Positions 10,143 to 17,762 of a stretch of DNA of 64,000 bases are shown here, in pieces (positions within the stretch are counted from its first letter, which is position 1; each line of letters opens with the position of its first letter). Origin of the DNA: Frankiaceae bacterium. Lineage in GTDB: Bacteria; Actinomycetota; Actinomycetes; JAFAQI01. The stretch lies in contig JAFAZI010000197.1 in NCBI GenBank assembly GCA_019239875.1, positions 162 through 64,161 of the forward strand, written 5' to 3'. Below the pieces are notes generated by a model, which had not been told where the DNA came from, made no database searches, and saw nothing but the letters and a program-made list of their open reading frames with translations. Made by a program: the position numbers and the translations under genes.

Positions 10143-11608
10143 TGTCGAACTCGCTGCTGGCGCGAACCGCGTCGGTCGCCGACCGAGCCGTCGCGGCGTA
10201 TGCCGGGTCACCCGTCGAGGCCGCCAGCGTGGAGATCCGTCGCCGGCTGGACCTGCCGGTGCAGGTTGCGATCGCTGGAAAGGTGAAGGTCGGCAAGTCG
10301 ACGCTGCTCAACGCGCTGGTCGGCGAGGAGCTCGCGCCGACGAACGCCAGTGAGTGCACGCGCATCGTGACCTGGTATCGCCGCGCCGAGGTGACGCAGG
10401 TGACCGCCGTGCCGTACCAGGGGTCGCCGCACCCGGTGGCGTTCTCGCGCAACGGCGCCCTCGACGTCGAGCTCGGCGCCGAGTCCGCGGAGTCGCTGCG
10501 ATGGCTGATGGTCGACTGGCCGACCGAGCGGCTCCGGGCGATGACCTTGGTCGACACGCCAGGCATCGCGTCGCTGTCGACCGACCTCTCGCAACGCACG
10601 ACCGCCTTCCTCGATCCGACCAGCGAGGACCCGGGCACCGTCGATGCGGTCATCTACCTGATGCGACACATGCACACCGCAGACGTCCGGCTGCTCGAGA
10701 GCTTCCACGACCACGACCTCGCGCAGCCGAATCCGGTCAACTGCATCGCCGTGCTCTCGCGCGCCGACGAGATCGGAGTGTGCCGGCTTGACGCGATGAA
10801 GTCGGCGCACGCCATCGCAGATCGATACATCGTGCAACCCTCGATCCGGCGCCTGGTGCAGGACGTCGTACCGGTCGCCGGCCTCCTTGCCCAAGCCGCC
10901 GTGTCGCTCCGGGAAGAGGAGTTCCGGTTCCTACGGTCGATGGCGCAGGCAGGGGTCCGCTCGAACTCGCCGGTGCTCGGTTCGGTGCAGGAGCTCTCCG
11001 CGGCGGACACCGAGATCGACGACGTCGTCAGCGCCTCGGTGCGTCGGGCACTGGTCGAACGATTCGGGCTGTTCGGGGTGCGGTGGGCGATGGAGTGGCT
11101 GTCCCGGGCGCCGGAGGCGACGGCGACCGAGCTCGCCGAAGCGCTCGCGAAGGTGAGTGGCCTCACCCATCTCCGCGAGATCGTGATGCAACAGATCGCC
11201 GCACGGTCCGGGCTGCTCAAGGCCCGCTCGGCGATGACCGCGCTGACGCGCCTCGCGGCGACGAACCCGGTCAACGGGCTGTCGGAGGAGCTGGAGGCGC
11301 TGGCGGCGGGCGCACACGAGCTCGCCGAGCTCCGCATGCTCAACGCCCTCCGGCTCGGCGCCGTACCGCTGAAGGACGACCAGCTCGCAGAGGCGGAGCA
11401 GATCCTCGAACGCTCCGGCCAGGCGGCCGCGGCGCGGATCGGGTTGCCACCGGACGCGGAGGTGGGCGAGGTACGACGCAAGCTGCTGGCCTCGCTCGAG
11501 ACGTGGCAGAAGCGGGCCGAGAACCCGCTGTCCAAGCAGGCCGTGGTCGATGCCTGCCGCGTGCTCATCCGTAGCTACGAGGGGATGCTCACCGACCTCG
11601 CCGGTTGA
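10142..11608 (+). CDS. iniC: Bacterial dynamin-like GTPase, IniC-like
   Basis: G1 GKVKVGKS, ECTRIVTWY, DTPG, G4 SRADE, AHELAELR. TGATG coupling to the upstream dynamin. Symbol reflects family-level similarity. Confidence 0.85.
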   Translation: MSNSLLARTASVADRAVAAYAGSPVEAASVEIRRRLDLPVQVAIAGKVKVGKSTLLNALVGEELAPTNASECTRIVTWYRRAEVTQVTAVPYQGSPHPVAFSRNGALDVELGAESAESLRWLMVDWPTERLRAMTLVDTPGIASLSTDLSQRTTAFLDPTSEDPGTVDAVIYLMRHMHTADVRLLESFHDHDLAQPNPVNCIAVLSRADEIGVCRLDAMKSAHAIADRYIVQPSIRRLVQDVVPVAGLLAQAAVSLREEEFRFLRSMAQAGVRSNSPVLGSVQELSAADTEIDDVVSASVRRALVERFGLFGVRWAMEWLSRAPEATATELAEALAKVSGLTHLREIVMQQIAARSGLLKARSAMTALTRLAATNPVNGLSEELEALAAGAHELAELRMLNALRLGAVPLKDDQLAEAEQILERSGQAAAARIGLPPDAEVGEVRRKLLASLETWQKRAENPLSKQAVVDACRVLIRSYEGMLTDLAG

Positions 11609-11611
11609 TGG

Positions 11612-12226
11612 CTAGAACAGGTCCCCGATGTCGTCGATGATGCTGGAGCCGACGTCCGCCACGTCGTCGACCACGCTGGTCGCAACATCTGCGACCGCAC
11701 CGCCGACGAACTCTGCGTCGTCGACGAGCACATCGCCGAGCAGGCCGGCACCGTCGCCGATCGTCTCGCCGACGTCACTCGCAGCGTCGCCGACCCAGCC
11801 GGCGACTGAGCCGAGGGCACCGCCCACGTCATCGACGACATCCATGGCGGCGTCGCCGATCGCGCCATCTCCGATATCGCTGAAGACCTCGCCGACGTCG
11901 TCGACGATGCTGCTCCCGATGTCGATGATCGGCGCGGCGATCCACTCGGCGTCGTCGACCAGCACGTCGCCGAGGACCCCGGCGCCTTCGCCGATCGCCT
12001 CACCGACGTCAACCACCGCCCCCGCGATCCCGCTCGCGACGTCACCGGCGGTGTCGACGACATCCATCGCCGCGCCGCCGACGATGTCCGCCGCCTGACC
12101 GAAATCACCGTCGACGACCGCACCAGCGATGCCGCCGATTCCCTCAGCGACATCACCGACCGCGTCGATCACCGGCTCCGCGAGGTACTCAGCGCCTTCC
12201 GCTACGCCCTCGAAGTACTCCGTCAT
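11612..12226 (-). CDS. Acidic Gly/Asp/Val/Ala-rich repeat protein ending DDIGDLF
   Basis: 204 aa with no Lys/Arg, an internal duplication, and a start 11 bp after the upstream stop. Confidence 0.7.
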   Translation of the reverse strand: MTEYFEGVAEGAEYLAEPVIDAVGDVAEGIGGIAGAVVDGDFGQAADIVGGAAMDVVDTAGDVASGIAGAVVDVGEAIGEGAGVLGDVLVDDAEWIAAPIIDIGSSIVDDVGEVFSDIGDGAIGDAAMDVVDDVGGALGSVAGWVGDAASDVGETIGDGAGLLGDVLVDDAEFVGGAVADVATSVVDDVADVGSSIIDDIGDLF

Positions 12227-12237
12227 GACGGGCTTGG

Positions 12238-13020
12238 TCAGAACAGGTCGCCGATGTCGTCGATGACGCTGCCGACCGCGTCGCCGATAGCTTCACCGGC
12301 ACCTTCGACTGCGTCCACGACTCCACCGCCGACGTCACCGACGACTCCGCCGACGTCAGCGAGGCCGCCGAACAGGCCACCGCCGATGTCCTCGACCTCG
12401 TTGACTACGCCGCCGAACACGTCGCCGACCGCGCCGGCACCGGCTTCGAGGCCGCCGAGCAGGCCGCCCGCGGCGTCCTCGACGCCGCCGACGACTCCGC
12501 CCACCCCGGACTCGATGCCGCCGAGCAAGCCCCCTCCGACGTCCTCGACGGCTCCGATCACACTTCCGACACCGCTCGCGACACCTCCGACGACGCCCAT
12601 GCCGATGTCCTCCGCGCCGGTCAGCAGACCGCCGCCGATGTCCTCCAGGCCGCCGAGCACGTCACCCGACGCGATCTCGCCCACCCCGTCGACCAGACCA
12701 CCGACCGCTGCCTCGCCGCCGCCGATCACACCGCCCGCGATGGACTCGACGCCGTGCAGGGCACCACCGGCGATGTCACCGGCTCCGGCCAGCGCGCCAC
12801 TCGCCACCGACTCGACCCCGTGCAGTGCCCCGCCGGCGACTGACTCGGCCGCGCCGAGCTCGCCACCTGCGACCGACTCGAGCCCTTCCAAGCCGTGGCC
12901 CATGACGCCTTCCGCGGTCCCCAGCGCGTCGTGCCCCAGCTCCTCGGCGATTCCCAGTTCGCTCTCGAGCTGATGCTCGATGGCGGAGACGCCATCAGAA
13001 AAGCCGTCCTCGATGCTCAT
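12238..13020 (-). CDS. Acidic Gly-rich 11-mer repeat protein ending DDIGDLF
   Basis: 260 aa with no Lys/Arg/Pro. Repeats GLESVAGGELG/AAESVAGGALH/GVESVASGALA. RBS GGGGA upstream. Confidence 0.72.
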   Translation of the reverse strand: MSIEDGFSDGVSAIEHQLESELGIAEELGHDALGTAEGVMGHGLEGLESVAGGELGAAESVAGGALHGVESVASGALAGAGDIAGGALHGVESIAGGVIGGGEAAVGGLVDGVGEIASGDVLGGLEDIGGGLLTGAEDIGMGVVGGVASGVGSVIGAVEDVGGGLLGGIESGVGGVVGGVEDAAGGLLGGLEAGAGAVGDVFGGVVNEVEDIGGGLFGGLADVGGVVGDVGGGVVDAVEGAGEAIGDAVGSVIDDIGDLF

Positions 13021-13064
13021 CGCTGTCCCCGATTCTCAGATGTCAGTGGTTGATGGAGAGGGCG

Positions 13065-13586
13065 TCAGCCCTCAAAGACCCCGCCGGGCCCCTGGTCGAT
13101 CGTGTAGTCCGGCTCGGCTTGCATCGTCTCGAGCGTGTGACCTTGGTCTTCGAAGCTCGAGAACTCCTGCGTCGGGTTGAGGTGAGCCTCGAGCTCCTCG
13201 ATCTGCTGCTCGATCTGGTGCAGCTCCTCGAGCGGGCTCATCGACTGCGGGTCGGATCCGGCGACTGGGTCGGATCCGGCACCTGGGTCCGCCGGGTGCT
13301 GCGCGAGCAGGTCCTGGTAGGCCTCGCCCATGGTCTGGTGGTTGGCGTCCTGGTAGGCCTGACCGACGGTCTCCACGTTGCCAAGCGTCGGCGGCGCGTC
13401 GCCGGCCAGCTCGTTCACAACCTCGACGAAGCCCGGCTCGAGAACTTCGGCGAGCAGGTTCGGGTCCTCCCGCAGCGCTGCCATCACGGCGTCGTGGTCG
13501 TTCTCGATCGCGCGCTGCTCGGTGTACTGGGTGCCCGCGAGGATGTCCGGGATGTTGTTGGCGGAGATGTCGTCGTTCTGACTCAT
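13065..13586 (-). CDS. Acidic hypothetical protein, first gene of the repeat-protein operon
   Basis: ATG preceded by AAGGGGGA. Short repeats (ETVGQAYQD/QTMGEAYQD; AGSDP x2) and a coiled-coil-like LEELHQIEQQIEELE. Confidence 0.65.
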   Translation of the reverse strand: MSQNDDISANNIPDILAGTQYTEQRAIENDHDAVMAALREDPNLLAEVLEPGFVEVVNELAGDAPPTLGNVETVGQAYQDANHQTMGEAYQDLLAQHPADPGAGSDPVAGSDPQSMSPLEELHQIEQQIEELEAHLNPTQEFSSFEDQGHTLETMQAEPDYTIDQGPGGVFEG

Positions 13587-13748
13587 GCGAGTCCCCCTTG
13601 ACACAGGATCCGATCCGAAGGGGTCAAACGGTCGCACCGGGCGTAGTAGGTGTCAAACGGTTCCGGAAACTCGCCAAAAGTTTTGTCAGATTCGCGACAA
13701 CTCTGCTGTTGATGGCCTGCGTCGGCGCCAATAGAGGGTGCCGACTTG

Positions 13749-13807
13749 GTGACCTTGACGCTTGTGGCCCTTGAAGGTGCGCAGGAGACCACAAGCGTCA
13801 AGGTGAC
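13749..13807. repeat. Long intergenic inverted repeat (REP-like palindrome, family C)
   Basis: Perfect 16-bp arms ACCTTGACGCTTGTGG (13752-13767) / CCACAAGCGTCAAGGT (13789-13804) with a 21-nt spacer. Confidence 0.8.
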
Positions 13808-13862
13808 GGGCTTCAGGAAGCGCCTGGAAGCCGTGGCCTAGCCGCAGTCCCGTCGTACCGAT

Positions 13863-13883
13863 AATCTGACGCCTCGTCAGATT
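13863..13883. promoter_or_regulatory. Operator-like palindrome upstream of the AhpD/CMD gene
   Basis: AATCTGACG-cct-CGTCAGATT, perfect 9-bp arms just before the RBS. Confidence 0.5.
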
Positions 13884-13895
13884 GCGGAGGGGAAC

Positions 13896-14384
13896 GTGGC
13901 GCGGATCGATCTGCCCGACGGCGACCAGCCGGATGTCGTCAAGGCGCTCGTCCTGCGGCCCGCGTTCGCCAAGGGCGTCGGCGCGATGAACGAGGCGTGC
14001 TTCGCGAGCACTCTCGACTGGCGACTGCACGAGCTGGTGCGGTACCGGATCGCGATCATCAACGGGTGCGCGACCTGCCTCAGCTGGCGCACACCGGAGG
14101 CGGTCGAGGCGGGTGTCACCGAGGACCTGCTCGTGGGCGTCGCGGACTGGCGCACCTCCGAGCGCTACACGGACCGCGAGAAGATCGCGCTCGACTTCAC
14201 TGAGCAGTTCTGCGGTGACTCGGCGGGGATCAGTGACGAGTTCATGGCGCGGCTCGGCGAGCACTTCGACGCCGGCGAGATCGTCGAGCTGGCGCTCGTG
14301 ATCGGCAAGTACCTCTCACAGGGCCGGTTCATGCAGGTGCTCGGCCTGGACCAGGCCTGCGTGGTGCCGACGGCTGCTCCGTGA
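13896..14384 (+). CDS. Carboxymuconolactone decarboxylase/AhpD family protein
   Basis: HELVRYRIAIINGCATC (CxxC), YTDREKIALDF, HFDAGEIVEL. Confidence 0.85.
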   Translation: MARIDLPDGDQPDVVKALVLRPAFAKGVGAMNEACFASTLDWRLHELVRYRIAIINGCATCLSWRTPEAVEAGVTEDLLVGVADWRTSERYTDREKIALDFTEQFCGDSAGISDEFMARLGEHFDAGEIVELALVIGKYLSQGRFMQVLGLDQACVVPTAAP

Positions 14385-14404
14385 CCGACTCCGCGCGCGG
14401 GGGG

Positions 14405-14620
14405 TCAGGGCTTGGACTGGTCGGCTTGCTTCGCTTCCTTCTCGATGTAGTCCTCCGCCTTGTCGGCGAACTTCGAGATCTGGCCGTGGTGCTTGCCGCC
14501 GGTCTTCTTGTCGACGATGCCCTCGACCTTGGACAGCGCCGACTTCAACTGATCGGGATGCTCGCCGACCGCCTTCTCGACCTGCGACGCGGTCTTCTTG
14601 ATCTTGTCCAGGAATCCCAT
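14405..14620 (-). CDS. Rv0909/MT0933-like small 'antitoxin' family protein
   Basis: MGFLDKIK...VDKKTGGKHHGQI pattern. Confidence 0.7.
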   Translation of the reverse strand: MGFLDKIKKTASQVEKAVGEHPDQLKSALSKVEGIVDKKTGGKHHGQISKFADKAEDYIEKEAKQADQSKP

Positions 14621-14653
14621 GCCGTCACCTTATTGCCGGGAGGCTGATCGTTC

Positions 14654-15730
14654 ATGTCACGCACTTTTCGCGTCGTCCAGTGGAGCACCGGTCATGTCGG
14701 CAAGCACGCGATCGCCGGCATCGACGCCCGCCCCGACCTGGAGCTGGTCGGCGTTTGGGTCTCGAATCCGGACAAGGTGGGCAAGGACGCCGGAGAGCTG
14801 GCCGGGCTCGGCCGGACGCTTGGCGTCACGGCGACGAACGACGCTGCCGAGCTGCTTGCGCTGCAGCCCGACTGCATCGTCCACACCGCGTGGGCCGACA
14901 CCCGGCTGTTCGAGGCGCTCGCGGATCTGGCGCAGTTCCTGCGAGCCGGCATCAACGTGGTGTCCACGAGCCCGGTGTTTCTGCAGTACCCGCACGGCGA
15001 CGCCGCCACGATGGCCGGCGACGTGATCGCGGCCGCGCACGAGGGCGGCGCGTCGATCTTCGTGAACGGCGTCGACCCCGGTTTCGGCAACGATGCGTTG
15101 CCGCTCGTCGTGTCGGGGATCTCCGAGCGGATCGAGGAGGTTCGTTGCGTCGAGCTGCTCAACTATGCGACGTACGACCAGGCCGACGTGTTGAAAGACA
15201 TCATGGGCTTTGGTACGCCGCTGGACGAGACGCCGTTCCTGCTCAACCCCGGCGTCCTGACCCTGGCCTGGGGGAGCATCGTCCACCAGCTGGCGGCCGG
15301 CCTCGACGTCGAGCTCGACGGCACCGAGGAGTGGTACGAGCGGTGTCCGGCGCCGGAGGACTTCGACATCCCGACCGGCACCATCCCGAAGGGCACGCAG
15401 GCGGGGCTTCACTTCGAGGTGCGCGGCATGAAGGACGGCAAGGCGGTCTTCGTCCTCGAGCACGTGACGCGGCTGCGCGACGACCTCGCGCCTGAGTGGC
15501 CACAGCCGGCGGGCCAGGGTTGCTACCGCGTGATCATCACGGGCGAGCCGATCTACACCGTCGACCTGCAGCTGCTGGGCACCGATGGCGACCACAACAC
15601 GGCCGGGCTGAAGGCCAGCGCGATGCGGATCATCAACGCGATCCCCGACGTCGTGGCGGCCGCGCCCGGCCTGGTGACCGCCCTCGACCTCCCGATGATC
15701 ACCGGCCGCGGCCTGGTCCGCACCGACTGA
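14654..15730 (+). CDS. NAD(P)-dependent dehydrogenase, dihydrodipicolinate reductase/2,4-diaminopentanoate dehydrogenase-like
   Basis: RVVQWSTGHVG Rossmann start, GVDPGF, NAIPDVVAAAPGL. Confidence 0.8.
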   Translation: MSRTFRVVQWSTGHVGKHAIAGIDARPDLELVGVWVSNPDKVGKDAGELAGLGRTLGVTATNDAAELLALQPDCIVHTAWADTRLFEALADLAQFLRAGINVVSTSPVFLQYPHGDAATMAGDVIAAAHEGGASIFVNGVDPGFGNDALPLVVSGISERIEEVRCVELLNYATYDQADVLKDIMGFGTPLDETPFLLNPGVLTLAWGSIVHQLAAGLDVELDGTEEWYERCPAPEDFDIPTGTIPKGTQAGLHFEVRGMKDGKAVFVLEHVTRLRDDLAPEWPQPAGQGCYRVIITGEPIYTVDLQLLGTDGDHNTAGLKASAMRIINAIPDVVAAAPGLVTALDLPMITGRGLVRTD

Positions 15731-15756
15731 CCCCGCCGTACCCCACCGCCCCGTTT

Positions 15757-15822
15757 TCGCCAAACCGTCTCGAATCGTTGGTTCGAACCGACTAAAAGCA
15801 ACGATTTGAGACGGTTGGGCGA
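15757..15822. repeat. 66-bp REP-like palindrome, family A copy 1
   Basis: TCGCCAAACCGTCTCGAATCGTTGGTT...AAGCAACGATTTGAGACGGTTGGGCGA. Three more copies in the window. Confidence 0.9.
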
Positions 15823-15886
15823 TGAAATCCCGGGGGGTGGGGGCGGGAGGATGGTGTGACGGGGGCTGAGCGAGGCTGGTGATGAC

Positions 15887-16720
15887 GTGGCGGATGAGCG
15901 GGTGAGCCCGACCGCGCACTACACGGGGTACGTGTGGGCACGGGCCGGCCTGTCGGACCCGGCCTTCGTGACCAACGAAGGCCGTCTCCTTCACTCCACC
16001 CTCGCCCCGTTGAACCTGACGTCGCAGCTGTGGCGCGGGCCGACGCTCGACGGCTTTCTGCTGGCCCGGCACCGCCTGATCGACCAGCTGCTCGAACAGG
16101 CCGTGGAGTCCGGGGAGATCAGCCAGGTGATCGAGGTCGCGGCCGGGCTGTCACCCCGGGGCTGGACGTTCGCGAAGAAGTACGGCGACCGGATCACCTA
16201 CGTGGAGACGGACCTGCCCGGAATGGCAGCCCGAAAGCGCAAGGTGCTCGCCGGGCTCGGGTCGCTGAGTGAGCATCACCAGGTCGTCGAGCTCGACGCG
16301 CTCGCCGACGCGGGCGCCGGGAGCCTGCTCGAACTGACCGGCCGGCTCGATGCCGGCCGTGGCACCGCGATCGTGACGGAGGGACTGGTCAACTACTTCG
16401 ATCGCGACACCGTCGTCGCGATGTGGCGACGCTTCGCCACCGCACTCGGCAGGTTCTCGACCGGCAGGTACCTCTCCGACCTACACCTGCACGGGGATAC
16501 GAACCCCACCCTCACGTGGGTGTTCACCCTCGGTCTGTCGGCGTTCGTCCGCGGCCGGGTCCATCTTCACTTCGAGAATGTCGACGAGGCGACGACCGCA
16601 CTTCTGGACTGCGGGTTCGGCACCGCGGTGCTGCACCTTCCAACCGACTTTCCGAAAGTCATTGGCAATCGTCGCGATCCGGCGGCGAAGATGGTCCGGA
16701 TCGTGGATGCTTGCCGCTGA
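15887..16720 (+). CDS. Class I SAM-dependent methyltransferase (leucine carboxyl methyltransferase-like)
   Basis: SPTAHYTG, QVIEVAAGLSPRG, YVETDLP, IVTEGLVNYF. Confidence 0.82.
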   Translation: MADERVSPTAHYTGYVWARAGLSDPAFVTNEGRLLHSTLAPLNLTSQLWRGPTLDGFLLARHRLIDQLLEQAVESGEISQVIEVAAGLSPRGWTFAKKYGDRITYVETDLPGMAARKRKVLAGLGSLSEHHQVVELDALADAGAGSLLELTGRLDAGRGTAIVTEGLVNYFDRDTVVAMWRRFATALGRFSTGRYLSDLHLHGDTNPTLTWVFTLGLSAFVRGRVHLHFENVDEATTALLDCGFGTAVLHLPTDFPKVIGNRRDPAAKMVRIVDACR

Positions 16721-16846
16721 TGCACCCGGGTGAAGCAGTGGTCGGACCCGCCGGAGCCGACAGGAATATCTCGCCCCTGGACCGGCGCTCATGACAAAAT
16801 AGGTAGTCGCGACGGCGGGACGCGAGCGGTGAGGGGAGAGCTCTGC

Positions 16847-17734
16847 ATGACTCAAGAGCGCCTCGATATCGCATCGGTCGGGTTCACCGGTAGCGAGGCC
16901 GCTCCCTCCGAGAGGTTGGGACTCCTCGACCGGCTCCGAGCCCGGCGGCGCACCTGGCTCGCCATTCGCGGGGTCCGTGAGTTCATCGTGTGCGCGGCCG
17001 TATACGTGTGCTACGACGGCACGCGATACCTCATCGCGCGCGACCACGACGCGGCCTACAAGCACGGCCGCGATCTGCTGAAGTTCGAGAACAGCTGGCA
17101 CCTGAATCCCGAGCACGCGCTGAACCAGGTGTTCACCGCGCACATCTCGATAGGACTCCCGGCTGACTACATCTACGCGACGCTGCACTACATCGTCACG
17201 CCGTGGGTGCTGATCTGGTTGTGGCGCCGCTACCCGATGTCGTACTCGAACGCACGGTCGGTGATCATCGCCACCACGGTCGTCGGGCTGATCGGCTTCA
17301 CGCTCTACCCCGTGGCGCCGCCGCGCCTGCTCGGCGGGTTCCAGGACACGATGTCTCACTTCTCTCACTGGGGCTGGTGGAGCGACGCGGGCTCCGCTCC
17401 GCGAGGCCTCGGGGCCGACACCAACCAGTTCGCCGCCATGCCGTCGTTGCATGTTGGATGGGCGCTGTGGGCCGGCTATCAGATGGTGCGACACGGCCAG
17501 CATCGCGTCACCCGCTGGCTCGGCGCCCTGTACCCGATCGTGCTGTCGGTCGTCGTCATGGCGACGGCCAACCACTACCTGGTCGACGTCCTCGCCGGCG
17601 TCGTGGTGGTGGGAATCGGGGCGGTCATCGGGACCAACTTCACGAAGCTCACCAGGCGGATCTGGCCGGATCACGTTCCCGGTGCGATCCAGGCGACGGT
17701 GGCCAACCACGCCGAGTCCACCGCGCCTGCCTAG
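16847..17734 (+). CDS. PAP2-superfamily membrane protein (inositolphosphorylceramide synthase-like)
   Basis: YPVAPPRL, NQFAAMPSLHVGWA, TANHYLVD and several TM helices. Confidence 0.85.
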   Translation: MTQERLDIASVGFTGSEAAPSERLGLLDRLRARRRTWLAIRGVREFIVCAAVYVCYDGTRYLIARDHDAAYKHGRDLLKFENSWHLNPEHALNQVFTAHISIGLPADYIYATLHYIVTPWVLIWLWRRYPMSYSNARSVIIATTVVGLIGFTLYPVAPPRLLGGFQDTMSHFSHWGWWSDAGSAPRGLGADTNQFAAMPSLHVGWALWAGYQMVRHGQHRVTRWLGALYPIVLSVVVMATANHYLVDVLAGVVVVGIGAVIGTNFTKLTRRIWPDHVPGAIQATVANHAESTAPA

Positions 17735-17762
17735 TGCCGCACGCCATCGACTCGGGGCACTG

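Noticed and set aside
11628-12973. Pro/Ser/Thr-rich plus-strand ORFs (11628-12098 and 12254-12973) that look mucin-like
   Set aside because: Mirror frames of the Gly/Asp/Val-rich genes. RBS, operon spacing and the shared C-terminus favour the minus strand, though this is not proven without expression data.
14405-14620. Toxin-antitoxin module
   Set aside because: Only the Rv0909-like small protein is present; there is no adjacent toxin-like gene.
17451-17762. N-terminal extension of ptsI in the ORF track
   Set aside because: It overlaps the PAP2 gene; enzyme I similarity begins at ATG 17763.
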